Source of the DNA: Eledone cirrhosa
Taxonomy: Eukaryota
Direction of reading: 5' to 3'
DNA: 64,000 nt
NCBI GenBank assembly: GCA_964016885.1
Contig: OZ024755.1
Coordinates: forward strand, 34,534,001 to 34,598,000
A program made the position numbers and the translations under genes. The notes under the pieces were generated by a model, which saw only the letters and a program-made list of their open reading frames with translations, was not told where the DNA came from and made no database searches. Positions 12,225 through 28,635 of the stretch are shown here, one piece after another (the stretch's first letter is position 1; each line of letters starts with the position of its first letter).

Positions 12225-14218
12225 ATATCATTATTTAATGCAAACATGTTTTAGCAATAGTGTTTATAACATAGTTTTGCAGATAATATCTGCATAATTT
12301 TATTTTGTATTAGAGTTATATAAACATAGGGAAAAAGAGAGCAGTCATGAAAAGGACTGTAAATGCCATAAATGGGAGGAAAAGGAAGAGCAAGGATTAA
12401 TAGACAAAGGAAGAAAGAAAAGGGGAAGGGGAGAGGGTGACAGACTCTACACCTAGGACAGAACAGTATTTCGGCTGTGCTCCGTGAACAAAATGGTAAA
12501 GGCATTTCCTGCAGACAATGGCCAGTGACACCTGCTCCAACAGCTACCCACTCCATGGGGCTCCTTCCTCAGATGGGCTGCTATTGATCTGATTTTACAG
12601 AGGAGGTCATCTACCTAGGTCTGAGGATGCCTGAGGTCTCAACGCCACTTGGTGCAAAGAGGAAGCAGCCATATAAGTTATGGTATTTGCTTGTTTGCCT
12701 AATATTATCAAAGTGTTGGAAAAATATGAAGTAAATCTAGCATAATGAGCAATATGCTAGACATATTTGATATCACAACACAATCTTTTTATACATCTAT
12801 CTTCTTGTTATTCCAATACCATTGGAATGTCTTCGATACTTCAAGAAGTGTTAAAAAGAAACAGAAAAAAAACATTTCCCTAATTAAAAAGAAAATAGAT
12901 GTAAAACTTAAAAAACTAGAGTAAACAATAAATGGTGTTTTATTCTCAAGATTGTTTGATAGGTTACTCATACATGAAAAGAATCGTTGTAGCATTGAAA
13001 ACTTCAGACAGAATGACAGCAGTTACATTGATAATATGATGCTTTAGCTCTTTTATGTTCTTTAAAGAAGAATATACAATTCTTCTGCTCCTAGAATCAA
13101 AAGCTTCAAGTCTAGTATTCTAGACAGCTAGTCAAAGTTATATTCTTTACTGTTGGTTCAATTTAGTGGTTCAATGTTATGAAAGAAAATTTATCCTTTC
13201 AGTACTAAAGAAATTGTATTGAGACTCAACCTTCTTGAGATAATGTCTATAATATAATTTTCCTGTTGGAACAAATGGATGGAACTTCCATTTGATTGAT
13301 TGACCCACAAGAGATAGCACCTGTATCTACATCAAACAACATTCTATCTTAAAAAGGTAAGGACTTATCATATTGTGTAATCTTAGATACACAATGTCTG
13401 AATTAAAAATGAGATGGTCATGGTGAGATTGCTTTTGAGTAGAGGACACCTTGATCAGATTTGACCAGGTGATAAGCAAAAACAACATCATAAACAACAA
13501 CAGCAACAACAACATCATAAACAACAACAGCAACAACAAATGGATTATCTTTTACTATTTGCTAAAGATCAGATTACAATAATGAATTTGTGCATAGGTA
13601 CAAAACCTAAAACTTTAGTTTTCATGAATTATAGGTGTTTGTAAGTAGATATTCAATAAATCATTATTGATAAAGGCTGGCAGTCTATCAAATATAACAA
13701 TACAATATTTGATGCTCAACCGATTCTGAAGAATGTTAACAAACTGTATTGGCATCTGTGTCACTATTTCCTATTTCTTTTATTACTACACACATACACA
13801 GACACAAATACAAGCTATTTCTCTCTTTCTATTCATAGTATTATCATTATTTCAATTTGTCTTGAGGAACTTATTATATAACAGCAAGTAATGTTTCATA
13901 AATGTGTTACCCTGAAAACAGGTAACAATCTTTCTGCATATAGGACTCTGACCATCCATTTTTGGTGCAAAGATTACTATGCTTAATCATATGACTGCAC
14001 CAACAAATAAAATGGCAAATAGCAATTTTGAGCTACTTTTTCTGGCACGAAAATTAATGTCCCTAATTATGTGAGTCTCATCAACTAACAAAATTACAAT
14101 TGAAACAAATAGCAATCTGAGCCATTTGGGGGGGGAATAAAACAGAAAGAATTTTCAAACTCCAACTAGATGTGAGATAAATCCCAACAGAAACATAAAC
14201 CCTTCATCTCAATTTTAT

Positions 14219-14310
14219 ACTTTTGAAAATCATAAGAACTGTGAAACTGGTAAAGTAAATAAATATTCTTAAAAGACTCCAGTTGCATTTTCAATTTCTT
14301 TTCCTTGTAT
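14219..14310 (+). ncRNA. U3-A8 variant minimal hammerhead + tail (family H2)
   Basis: ACTT-TTGAAAA-stem II (decayed)-GAAAC-TG-GTA-AAGT, followed by AATAAA and the family tail aaaagactccagttgcattttc. Confidence 0.55.
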
Positions 14311-14958
14311 AAGCAAAGTTAGGGTTAACAATGACTATATTGAGGAATTTAGCAGAGAGGCCAGTGTCCACCAGGGTTCTGTTCTTAGCCCTCTCCTGTA
14401 TATTACCATATTGCAACCTATAACAGAGGAGTTTAAGACCGGATGATGTTATACTTATAGCTGAATCTATGGTGGAACTAAAGAAGAAATTCCAAACATG
14501 GAAGCAGAGACTAGGAAGGGGTCTCAAAGTCAACCTGACAAAGATAAGGTCCTTGTAAGTAGACGAGAAAACGGGACCCAGATCCCCTCAGGGAAATGGC
14601 CTTGCTCAGTATGTAGGAAATGTGTAGATATAAATTCCATCCTCTGCACCAAATGCAAACTATGGGTACACAAGAGATGTAGTGGGATCTCAGGAAGCTT
14701 AGCTAAGAATGTAGGCTTTACATGTAGCAGTTGCACCGGGACAGTAAGCAGCAAAGGGCCACAGGAAACAAGTACCACCAAATTCTGGGAGGGCTCTGTA
14801 GAAACAGTAGGCAGCTTCTGCTACCTAGGTGACCGAATTAGTAGTGGAGGTGGGTGTTCTGAAAGTACAGTAACCAGGGTAAGAACGGGATGGAAGAAGT
14901 TCAGGGAGCTACTACCACTGCTAGCTACAAAAGGCTTTTCCCTCAAAATGAAAGGCAG
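14311..14958 (+). mobile_element. RTE LINE fragment with PHD-type zinc finger in the RT
   Basis: VHQGSVLSP, ELKKKFQTWK, C-x2-C-x10-C-x2-C-x4-H-x2-C-x14-C-x2-C (14603-14734), FCYLGD, GWKKFRELLPLL. Confidence 0.9.
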
Positions 14959-15084
14959 TCAAAATGAAAGGAAGATCCCATTGAGGTTGAAAGCAGCGAT
15001 TTTTTGCTTAAACTTTAATCTGTTATTTTAATAAATATTTGCTCTATATATTTTATATATATTTATCCTTATCGAGCCCTCTTT

Positions 15085-15482
15085 GGACTGGATTGGCAGT
15101 ATCGGTAGAGGGTCGGACGCCATGCTTTGACGCATAGAGTTATGGCCCTTGCCATTCTGAGTTCAAATCCCGCCAAGGTTAACTTTGCCTTTCATCCTTA
15201 CGGGGTCGATAAAATAAAGTACCAGTAATGTACTGAGTAATTTCTGGCCTTGTGCCAATAGTAGAAACAATTATTATTACTAAATTATAGGGCAGTGAAT
15301 TGGCACTACCGGTAGAGGGTCAGACATGCTTTCCAGCATAGTGACGTCGCTTTACGGTCTGAGTTCAAATCCCGCCGAGGTTAACTTTGCCTTTCATCCT
15401 TACGAGGTCGATAAAATAGAGTACCAGTAATGCACTGGGTAATTGCTGGCCTTGTGCCAAAAGTGGAAACAATTATTATTAC
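15085..15482 (+). mobile_element. Two tandem SINE-B copies
   Basis: Consensus head, B-box, central box and (TTA)n tail at ~15085-15280 and ~15289-15482. Confidence 0.88.
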
Positions 15483-15485
15483 TAA

Positions 15486-15743
15486 TGAGATCGTGTAGGT
15501 GTCACGACAAAAAAACACACAGTCCACGCTGTAATGTGGCCGTGTAGGCAACACGGTAAAAACCTCCCAGACCCACACTGTAAATGTGGTTGGTGTTAGG
15601 AAGGGCATCCAACTGTAGAAAACCTGCCAGACAGTCCTATGCGAGCAAGACAATCACTCTTGCCTCAAGTGGGACTACCCCCGTCCAAACCCATGCAAGC
15701 GTGGAACACGGACGTTAAACGTTGATGATGATGATGATGATGA

Positions 15744-15747
<4 letters not shown>
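15486..15747 (+). mobile_element. 3' UTR of the main RTE family
   Basis: Matches 58410-58675 and ends in ggacgttaaacg(ATG)n. Confidence 0.85.
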
Positions 15748-15792
<45 letters not shown>

Positions 15793-15869
15793 GGGTATAA
15801 TGGAAAGTTGAAGCTGCACTATAGTTTATGGTCATCAAATTGTTAGAAGCAGTAATGAGAGCAGTCAAC

Positions 15870-15921
<52 letters not shown>

Positions 15922-16602
15922 GGATAAAGTACATAAAAAATGGAGTATTAATATTTTGGCGGGAACTTAATCTGGCAGTATTTCATTCTCTTAAGTGAAC
16001 AATTTGTCTTGGTGGAGCAATTTAAAATGTACAACTAATAATAAAAATTGATTAAATTTATGACTCTATGATAGTTTATAACTTGCATTCTTTGAAACAA
16101 TACTTCTTTGATTCATTAGTTATGTACAATTGCATTGTTTGATATATTCTTTCTTATCAAGTCCTTAGTGGCATTACATATTGTAGACTGAACAAAGAAT
16201 TCACTTCATCATAGTGTAGACTCTTTTGAAACAATGAAGAAACTATTGCTTGAGAAGTCTTTTATACAATGAATTTCACTTGGGGAATGGTATTTGAATT
16301 GATTAAAATGACTGATCATAAAATTGTTCAAATTAATCATAGACTTCATCATAAACATTATGAAAGCATACTTATTAAGACAAATGTTCTTATTAAGATT
16401 TAGATATTTCCATTGCAGACAGAGTTTCTCACAGAAAATGAATAATTTTCAAGGCTTTGAACTGAACAAAAGATGTTTTTGGATGCTATTTTCAAAATGT
16501 TATATTTGGGGTGTCCTAATATTGCCAGAAAAATATAGTAAAATACACTCACTGATTTTTTTTTTCACTTCAGTATATTTTTATATTTCTATAAATAATT
16601 AA

Positions 16603-16810
16603 CCCTTTAGCATTTACATTATCCCATTGTATTTTTGTGGTAAATGCTTTGTCTTACATAATTATCTCGCATAATATCGAATCTACAAGATTTTGATATT
16701 ATTTATTTTGATAATAACACTTTAACATCAGTATGTGTGGCTAGTTACAGCCAGTTTGAACAGAAACATGCGAGAGAATTCTGACTGGATACGGTTTAAA
16801 TGTTAAAGGG
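16603..16810. mobile_element. Full-length TTAA/piggyBac-type MITE (208 bp)
   Basis: TTAA|CCCTTTAGCATTTA ... TAAATGTTAAAGGG|TTAA. CCC/GGG ends with a TTAA TSD are the piggyBac signature. Confidence 0.9.
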
Positions 16811-17069
16811 TTAAGCTGGCAATCAATATTTATCCTTGATTGACCAACAGTTAAACAAAATAAATATAAATATAGTTTCTCAAAGTTCTTTCGTCACACC
16901 TCCCCAAATATAACGATATCTGTTTCAACACACAATTTCATTTCAAAAACCTTGCTTAACAAATAGATCACCATTTCAAAATATTCTTTTAGATAACAGT
17001 CTCTTTTATAAGAAAACTCTGGGTGGAGATGTTCCTATGATCTTATTTATCAAAGAGTTTTAGATTCAA

Positions 17070-17970
17070 TCCTTTACCATTTACATTACTCTATATATAC
17101 TATTGTATTTTCATGGTAAAGTCTTTACCTCACATTACTCTATATATACTATTGTATTTTCATGGTAAAGTCTTTACCTCACATAATATCTCACATAACA
17201 TTTACATTACTCTATATATACTATTATATTTTCACACTAAAGGCTTTACCTCACATAATATCTCATAACATTTACATTACTATATATATACTATTGTATT
17301 TTCAAGGTAAAGTCTTTACCTCACATAATATCTCACATAACATTTACATTACTCTATATATACTATTGTATTTTCACAGTAAAGGCTTTACCTCACATAA
17401 TATCTCACATAACATTTACATGACTATATATACTATTGTATTTTCACAGTAAAGGCTTTACCTCACATAATATCTCACATAACATTTACATTACTCTATA
17501 TGTACTATTGTATTTTCACAGTAAAGGCTTTACCTCACATAATATCTCGCATAACATTTACATTACTCTATATATACTATTGTATTTTCACAGTAAAGGC
17601 TTTACCTCACATAATATCTCACATAACATTTACATTACTCTATATATACTATTGTATTTTCACAGTAAAGGCTTTAACTCACATAATATCTCACATAACA
17701 TTTACATTACTCTATATATACTATTGTATTTTCACAGTAAAGGCTTTACCTCACATAATATCTCACATAACATTTACATTACTCTATATATACTATTGTA
17801 TTTTCACAGTAAAGGCTTTATTTCACATAATATCGAATCTATGAGGTTTTGATGTTATTTATTTTGAGAAAAATACCTTAACATCAGTATGAGTGGTCAG
17901 TTTTGGCCGGTTTGAACAAAAAGAGGTGAGAGAATTCTGACTGGATATGGCTGGTTTAAATGCTAAAGGG
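17070..17970. mobile_element. TTAA MITE with an internal 72-bp minisatellite (~10 units)
   Basis: MITE ends flank repeats of acatttacattactctatatatactattgtattttcacagtaaaggctttacctcacataatatctcacata. Confidence 0.9.
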
Positions 17971-17974
17971 CTCC

Positions 17975-18545
17975 AAGCATGGAAACTAGACATAAAATTG
18001 TTGTGATGATAATGATGATGGTGATGGTGATGGCAGTAGTGATGATGGTGATGTTAGTGGTGGTAATGATGGTGATAATGATTATGATGTAATGATGATT
18101 ATGATGATGATGCTGATGATGCTGTTAGTGGTGGTGGTGATGATGTTAGTGGTGGTGATGATGATGTTAGTGGTGCTGGTGGTGGTGATGATGATGTTGC
18201 TGGTGGTGGTGGTGATGATGTTAGTGGTGCTGGTGGTGGTGGTGATGATGTTAGTGGTGCTGGTGGTGGTGGTGATGATGTTAGTGGTGCTGGTGGTGGT
18301 GGTGATGATGATAATGGTGATGATGATGATGACGTTAGTGGTGGTGGTGATGATGGGGATAATGATTGATGGTAATGATGATGGTTATGATGGTGATGAT
18401 GAACTTAATGGTGGTGGTGGTGGTGATGATGATAATGGTGATGATGTTAGTGGTGGTGATGAAGATGGTGATAATGATTATGAGGGTAATGCTGGAGATG
18501 ATGATGATGATGATAATCATGATGATGATGATGATGATGATGATG
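17975..18545 (+). repeat. (ATG/GTG)n microsatellite attached to a short RTE tail
   Basis: caagcatggaaactagacataaaat is followed by a trinucleotide array. Confidence 0.9.
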
Positions 18546-18839
18546 CAATTTATTTCCCAATACACCCTTTAATAAATCTTTATTTGATAGTAACGCAGTG
18601 GTCAATCCCCTAACACAAAACTAAAACAATATAATCTAATGTATTTGCAAGAAAATACACACAAAATACTCTAAGATGTATATAATATATCAATATTGAA
18701 GTAAATATTAATTTACTTCAAACACACAAATGTTTCAATTGCTAATTATATCTGCTTTAAGGGGAAATACAGCTGTATATATATGTATGTATGTATATAT
18801 ATGTTTGTATGTATTGACATACAGTGTTTCTTGGGTATT

Positions 18840-19239
18840 TTAACCTTTTAGCATTTACATTACTCTATATATACCATTGTATATTCATGGCAAAGCCTTT
18901 ACCTCACATAATATCTCACATAACATTTACATTACTATATATATATATATTATATTTTCATGGTAAAGGCTTTACCTCACATAATATCTCACATAACATT
19001 TACATTACTCTATATATACTATTGTATTTTCACAGTAAAGGCTTTACCTTACATAATTATCTCACATAACATTTATATTACTCTATATATACTAGTGTAT
19101 TTTCATAGTGAAGGCTTTACCTTACATAATTATCTCACATAATATAGAATCTACGAGATTTTGATGCTATATATTTCGAGAACAATACCTTAACATCAGT
19201 GAGTGACTGATATAGTCGGTTTAAATGCTAAAGAGTTAA
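18840..19239. mobile_element. TTAA MITE with ~4 internal units
   Basis: TTAA-flanked ends and the same tandem unit. Confidence 0.85.
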
Positions 19240-19741
19240 GGAGTGAATATGACCCTGAGATGGGGGTTTCATACTATTGAAATTCAAATTGATTCAGCCA
19301 CTGTACTTAGATGGATGGGATTAATGATCCCTGACGAAAGGAGGTGGAGAATGAAAAGGATAGCAGAGATGATAATAAAATGACTCCTAAGAAATTTGGG
19401 AGAACTAGCTGCTGAGTTGAAACTGAAGTTGAGCTTTGCTCTCGGAGAGGAAATAGGCAGAAGTTCTAATTAGGATGAATAAAGCCTGGTTGAACTGCCA
19501 GAGTACTCAGAACAAGAAGTGGCTGAGTGACATGGAGCTAAATGGACTGCAGGCCATGCACCATCTGGGAGTAGAAAGGACCTTGTTCCTAGCCAGTAAA
19601 GTTAACTTAGATGTCATCAGATAGAGTGTCTAGAAATTGCTTGGTAGTTCTGGAGCAAAGTGAAATAGTGTCTTGTTGAAGGTGACAATATACCACCCAG
19701 TTGAGGCATACAAACTTCAGCCTAGCACTCTAGCCACATGC

Positions 19742-20128
19742 CTGTTCCAACTGGCCATAACCAGTCTCTCATATCAATATTAAGATACTGTTCTCAAAAT
19801 AAATAATATCAAAATCTCCTAGATTCGATATTATGTAAGATAACTATGTGATAACTTTAACGTGAAAATACAATAGTAAATATAGAGTAATGTAAATGCT
19901 AAAGGGTTAAGCATTTATATTAATCTATATTTACTATTGTATTTTCACGGTAAAGGCTTTACCTTACATAATTATCTCACATAATATCAAATCTATGAGA
20001 TTTTGATATTATTTATCTTGAGAACAATACCTTAATATCAGTATGAGTGGCCAGCTACAGCTGGTTTAAACAGAAAAAGGTGAGAGAATTGTGGCCGGAT
20101 ACAGCCAGTTTAAATGCTAAAGGGTTAA
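19742..20128. mobile_element. Inverted pair of TTAA MITEs
   Basis: Copies at 19742-19910 and 19911-20128 in opposite orientation. Confidence 0.8.
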
Positions 20129-20139
20129 TCACTATTTTG

Positions 20140-20255
20140 GCTAGTAGTCGTCTACAATTCTGCTCAGCTGCCTGGTTGCTATGTTGTTTCAAATATTCAA
20201 TAACTTGAAGCTTATAACTAATTATGAATGTCTGTCTTTTTGCTTAGTTGTCATG
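20140..20255 (-). pseudogene. Possible pogo-type transposase N-terminal (Brinker-like HTH) remnant
   Basis: RHS..SYKLQVIEYLKQHSNQAAEQ resembles the N-termini of pogo/POGK-like transposases. Confidence 0.4.
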
Positions 20256-20338
20256 TTTATGATGTCATTGAGAGGAATTGTTATCTGAATAAGCAAACTA
20301 ACAGCTAACAGATGATATCTACTTGAGAAGTACTTCTG

Positions 20339-20500
20339 TGAAGGCACATGGATTAGTGGTTAGAGTGTTCAGCTTGCAATCATAATGTCAGATCTTTGAT
20401 TCCCCGCTAGTGCATTGTGCTCTTAAGCAAGACACTTTATTTTATATTGCTTCAGTTCACTCAGTTGGCAAAAATAAGTTATACCTGTAATTCGAAAGGC
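20339..20500 (+). mobile_element. Old SINE-A-related copy (tRNA head + CORE-like box)
   Basis: gaaggcacatggattagtggttagag ... cttaagcaagacactttatt. Confidence 0.7.
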
Positions 20501-20859
20501 CGGCTTTGTCTCACACAATGTCATGCATATATTAGTGACTAAAACTGTTTAGTACACATGTTTTCAGATGCAAGGTACAGTAACATTTTCACACTACTGG
20601 CAGCTTCTTTGAAAACTTTAGAAAGAAATATTTCTATTTATGAATATATTGAATCCTAAGTTCATGATATGTAAATGTCATATGTAAAGGAGGAGTTTTT
20701 GTTTATTTGTTGATTTTACTGTTTAACAATTTGCATTAAGAATATAAGTGTAAAAAAACAAGATTAAATGACTACTGTTTTCCTAGAATTAATTTTATCA
20801 ATTTCAAAATTGAAATAGGAGAAATACATGAAATTATACATAACACTTTGCAACAAAAC

Positions 20860-23880
<3,021 letters not shown>

Positions 23881-24308
23881 AGGAAGATATAACTCTACGT
23901 CTCTGTCTATCTCTACACACATATATATATATATATACAAAAAGTTATGAAAGGAAAGGAGCTGTGTGGTTACTAAAAACAAGGTTTAGAGTGGTGGTTA
24001 GGACGGAACAGGAGGAGAAAGGAAGAAAGGAGGTTCCATCGTCAGCTGTAAATATATCCCAAACCGATGTTTCAACGCTGAATTACAGGACATTGGTGGA
24101 GTTTGGGTGCGCCCGAGTCCTTTTATTAATCAAAAGGCCAGGTGGAAAAGGAGAGAGAAAAAGAGAGAACAAAAGAAAAGAGTGGAAGGAGGAAAAACAG
24201 GGGGGAATAGATGAGGAGAGAGGGAGAGGGGGGGGAATAGGAAAGGAATGGAAGAAAAAAAGTGTACAGATCCCATCGTGGGAAGACACAGGTGAAAGAA
24301 ACATGCAA

Positions 24309-24340
<32 letters not shown>

Positions 24341-24509
24341 CGCTTTTCGTTGCTTCACCATCTTTGTTTACACTCTCGTGCCCCCTTTATTTACGTGTCC
24401 CAACGACTTTTTTTAGCCGTTGCTCGCACCAACCGGAGGTATATGGTCTTTAAAGCGATGAAATACCAATGATGGTTGGAAGATCACTGATGAAGGACTA
24501 ACTTTATTC

Positions 24510-24633
<124 letters not shown>

Positions 24634-24921
24634 TCTCTGCCCACTCTCTCTACCTCTCTTCCTATCATAAGCTGGAGAATAATAACCATCTTTTCACTAT
24701 CTTATCAATGTGTTTGAGACACGTTGGCTTAGAACTTTTGGCGGGAGCGAAAATATTTATTTTCTAATCTCCTGCCCCCATGTAAATTTGTAAATCGGTG
24801 GCTGGTCGGGGGACGGAGTTGTATTAGATTCCAGTTGCTAATCACTTTACTGTGTTGGCCGTCACATACAGTCATGGCCCGTATGGACTGGGGTTGAACT
24901 CTGTCGATCGATTGGTTATTG

Positions 24922-25050
24922 ATTAGGCGATACCCGCTGATGAAGCCGCATGTGCCGATTATGCATTGTTGCATAATATATGCAGAAAGACGGTGCAGTG
25001 CACCCTATTGCTGCATTAAGTGTGGCCGAAACTCAAGTCCGGGAACTAAT
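24922..25050 (+). ncRNA. Type I hammerhead ribozyme with a branched stem II
   Basis: CCCG-CTGATGA(24937-43)-aGCCGCA...TGTGGCc-GAAA(25028-31)-CT-ca-AG-TC(C17=25039)-CGGG. Stem I extends by ATTAG/CTAAT. Two hairpins lie inside stem II. Confidence 0.85.
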
Positions 25051-25243
25051 ATAGGCACCCGTTTACATGTGTTGTATTGAAGCGAATAACTGTGTGTATA
25101 CTCTGGGACTGTATCTTACATTATCTATTGAGTACGCTGAGATACAATCGGTCCTGGCATTGATAAATATGCTGGGTCCGTCAACTTCTTATTATGTATA
25201 CATATATATATATATAGAGAGAGAGAGAGGGAGAGATGTAGAG

Positions 25244-25305
<62 letters not shown>

Positions 25306-25484
25306 TAATAAAAACAATGAAATAAAAACAAAGAAACAGATCCTTATATTAAAAAATTCATCATTTTACGATCGTTTCTGGGATGTATATGTGTGTTGGT
25401 ATGTATATCATGTTTAAGATCTATGTAAAAATATTACAAATTATCAGAGGAAGTATACATACCTATATATATATATATATATAT

Positions 25485-25672
25485 ATAGGAACAAATATGA
25501 CGACGGCAGAGCTCAAGCCGTTTCAACGGCTAATTCTGGACTCAGCCGTCGAAACGGCTTGAGCTCTGCCGTCGGGGTCATACTTGTTCCTATTACCCAC
25601 TCTACTACCCTAAGTATTCAGTACTTTGGTGCGTTATAGCCCATCTGGTTCCTTACCACATTTCCTTCATTA
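25485..25672 (+). mobile_element. Fold-back fragment, family H1
   Basis: Inverted arms with GAAACGGC-ttgagctct-GCCGTC-GGGG plus a ~80-bp unpaired tail, inside (TA)n. Confidence 0.7.
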
Positions 25673-25857
25673 TATATATATATAGGCAAAGGTATATTTA
25701 ATTTGTTGGTAATTCAACAAATATATTTATAACAGATTCGAAGCACTCAACATGTTTTCTGGAGTATAATATCAATGATATTAATAACTATCCAGGTAAA
25801 ACTTGAACCGTTAAGGTCTCATTCCTGGATATTTCAATATTTATAAAACAAACTTTG

Positions 25858-25918
25858 TATTTTATCTGATGAGAGTGTACCAAAGCTTTGGTACCCTTGA
25901 AATATATATAATAGAATA
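25858..25918 (+). ncRNA. Minimal type I hammerhead ribozyme
   Basis: TATTTTAT-CTGATGA(25866-72)-GAGtGTACCAAAGCTTTGGTACcCTT-GAAA-TATATA-TA-ATAGAATA. Stem III is palindromic and AATAAA follows. Confidence 0.85.
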
Positions 25919-26032
25919 AATATGGTTTTATAAATATAGTTTCCATTTATTAATATCATTGATAGAGAAAGAGAGAGAGAGAGAATGAGAGAGAGAGACT
26001 TAGAGTTATATATATATATATATGTAAACAAG

Positions 26033-26063
<31 letters not shown>

Positions 26064-26182
26064 ATATATATATATATGACCATGACAAGTGGAGAGATGC
26101 TGTGCTGAATAGGACCCATCCCACCCTTGCAAGCAGGGAAAAGCAGACGTAAAATAATAATGATATATATATATACACACAC

Positions 26183-26566
26183 ATCATCATCATCATTTTA
26201 CGTTCATTTTCCCTGCCTGCAAGGGTGGAACGGGAACTAACTCTGGCTTGATTTCTACAGCTGGATGCCCTTCCTAACACCAACCTCATTCACAGTGAGT
26301 GCTGGGTGCTTTTTTTCCGTGGCGCCTACACGTCCACTTTACAGTGTGGGCTGGGTGCTTTTTTGCCATGACACCTCCACGACCACTTTGCAGTGAAATG
26401 ATATGGACCCCAGTCCCTATTATCTCATTTCTACAGCTGAGTAAACTAGAGCAATGTGAAATCAAGTGTCTTGCTCAAGGAAACAACACATCACCTGGTC
26501 TGAGAATTGAACTCTCAACCTTTCGATTACAAGGCCAATGCTCTAACCACTAAACCATGTGCCTCC
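26183..26566 (-). mobile_element. SINE family A (tRNA head + CORE-like box + AGGAAGGGCATCC box + RTE tail)
   Basis: Full match to the copies at 34819 and 62774. Confidence 0.9.
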
Positions 26567-26569
26567 ATA

Positions 26570-26650
26570 CACAATATATATATATATATATATACACATA
26601 ATATATATATATATACACATAATATATATATATATATATACATATAATAT

Positions 26651-26682
<32 letters not shown>

Positions 26683-26750
26683 ATATATATATATATAATA
26701 TATATATATACATATAATATATATACATATAATATATATATATATAATAT

Positions 26751-26795
<45 letters not shown>

Positions 26796-26916
26796 TATAT
26801 ATACATATAATATATATATATATATACATATAATATATATACATATAATATATATATATATATAATATATATATATATACATATAATATATATACATATA
26901 ATATATATATATATAT

Positions 26917-26995
<79 letters not shown>

Positions 26996-27001
26996 ATATA
27001 T

Positions 27002-27060
<59 letters not shown>

Positions 27061-27064
27061 ATAT

Positions 27065-27096
<32 letters not shown>

Positions 27097-27487
27097 ATAT
27101 ATATATATATATAATATATATATATATAATATATATATATACATATAATATATATATATACATATTATATATATACATATAATATATATATATATATATA
27201 TAATATATATACATATAATATATATATATATAATATATATACACATAATATATATATATATATATAATATATATACACATATAATATATATATACATATA
27301 ATATATATATATATATACATATAATATATATACATATTATATATATACATATAATATATATATATATAATATATATACACATATAATATATATATATATA
27401 CATATATATACACATATAATATATATATATACATATAATTATATACATATAATATATATATATATACATATAATATATATATATAAT

Positions 27488-27538
<51 letters not shown>
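26570..27538. repeat. ~1-kb (TA)n-derived microsatellite
   Basis: Direct inspection. Confidence 0.97.
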
Positions 27539-27543
<5 letters not shown>

Positions 27544-27575
27544 TAGGAATAACCAAAGAGTGCTTAGAAATACAT

Positions 27576-27639
27576 TGTTTTATTAGATAACAGTGTTTCA
27601 TCCATACACCATGGCAGGAATCATCAGAGCCTATAAACA
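27576..27639 (-). ncRNA. Minimal hammerhead (inverted copy)
   Basis: TCATCAG at 27621-27. Reverse complement of 28572-28635 with one stem I mismatch. Confidence 0.7.
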
Positions 27640-28571
27640 TGAGTATATCAGGTACGACGAGTTAAAGAAATGTATGGCACATATACAGCTGGCACAGATG
27701 TGAGGAAATGGAAAACATTCGGTCACTCAATTCAACGTGCCAGGTGAAATTCACTGTATGTCCAAGTTGGCGTCAACTTGTCGTACCTTCTTTTATTTTT
27801 TATTGTAGTATTTTTTATTGTCGATTTTTTATTGTAGATTTTAGGTGTATATCCCAGACCGCCTATGGTGATAAATCCTCTGGCTATAGGTTTGGGAAAA
27901 ATAGTGTTATCTCACTTGGAGTTCGGAACTGGAACATATCGATGTGGTTCGTAGGGTGTGGGTATGATAAGGAGAATTGGCCTATTACAGAGCGATATAT
28001 TTGGAGTACACCATCCCTCATATGGACTATCATACATGTAAGGCTGCATTACTGCTAACCAACTCCTCTTTTCACAGACTCGCCGCTTGCAAACTCTCTT
28101 GATCTGCCTGTACACCCCCTTTTGCACTGCTTGTGCTTTGATGCATCTATGCTTTGCTTTGTCTTATATACCTTTATATATTTTGGGGGGTGGTTCTGGG
28201 CTTTTGTTCATTAATTGTTTTGTATTTTTATATTTATCTCTTTTCTTATCCCTGTATTTTTGTACTTTTTTTATTATTATTTTTTTTGTTATTTTCTTGT
28301 ATTTTCTTATTGTTTCTGATCATACTGAGTAATACCCTCACTCATCCCTTGCTACCCTCTCCCAACCTCTTTATCATCTATTGCACCATTTAAGTGATAA
28401 AAAGTTTGGTGTAATTTTTAATTTTTTTAATTTTTAAGACATTTTATGACATTATGTGCATCATGTATTCTGTCTTTTTCCATATAGCGCTGGCCTCGGG
28501 ACCCCCTGCTGGTCATTTAACCTTGTTCTGGTGACACAGCTCAATGGAGCATGCAACTACTGATATACTCA

Positions 28572-28635
28572 TGTTTATAGGCTCTGATGATTCCTGCCAT
28601 GGTGTATGGATGAAACACTGTTAGCTAATAAAACA
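28572..28635 (+). ncRNA. Minimal type I hammerhead ribozyme
   Basis: GGCT-CTGATGA(28584-90)-tTCC...GGAt-GAAAC-act-GTT-AGCT-AATAAA, with a GUU triplet. Confidence 0.75.

Noticed and set aside
12430-12680. RTE 5' UTR-like segment with a possible HDV-like ribozyme
   Set aside because: I could not build the nested double pseudoknot by eye. It needs a descriptor search.
17162-17852. Repeat protein (HSKGFTSHNISHNIYITLYILLYF)n, or a CRISPR-like array
   Set aside because: This is a 72-bp tandem unit inside a MITE. There are no unique spacers, no cas genes, and the context is eukaryotic.
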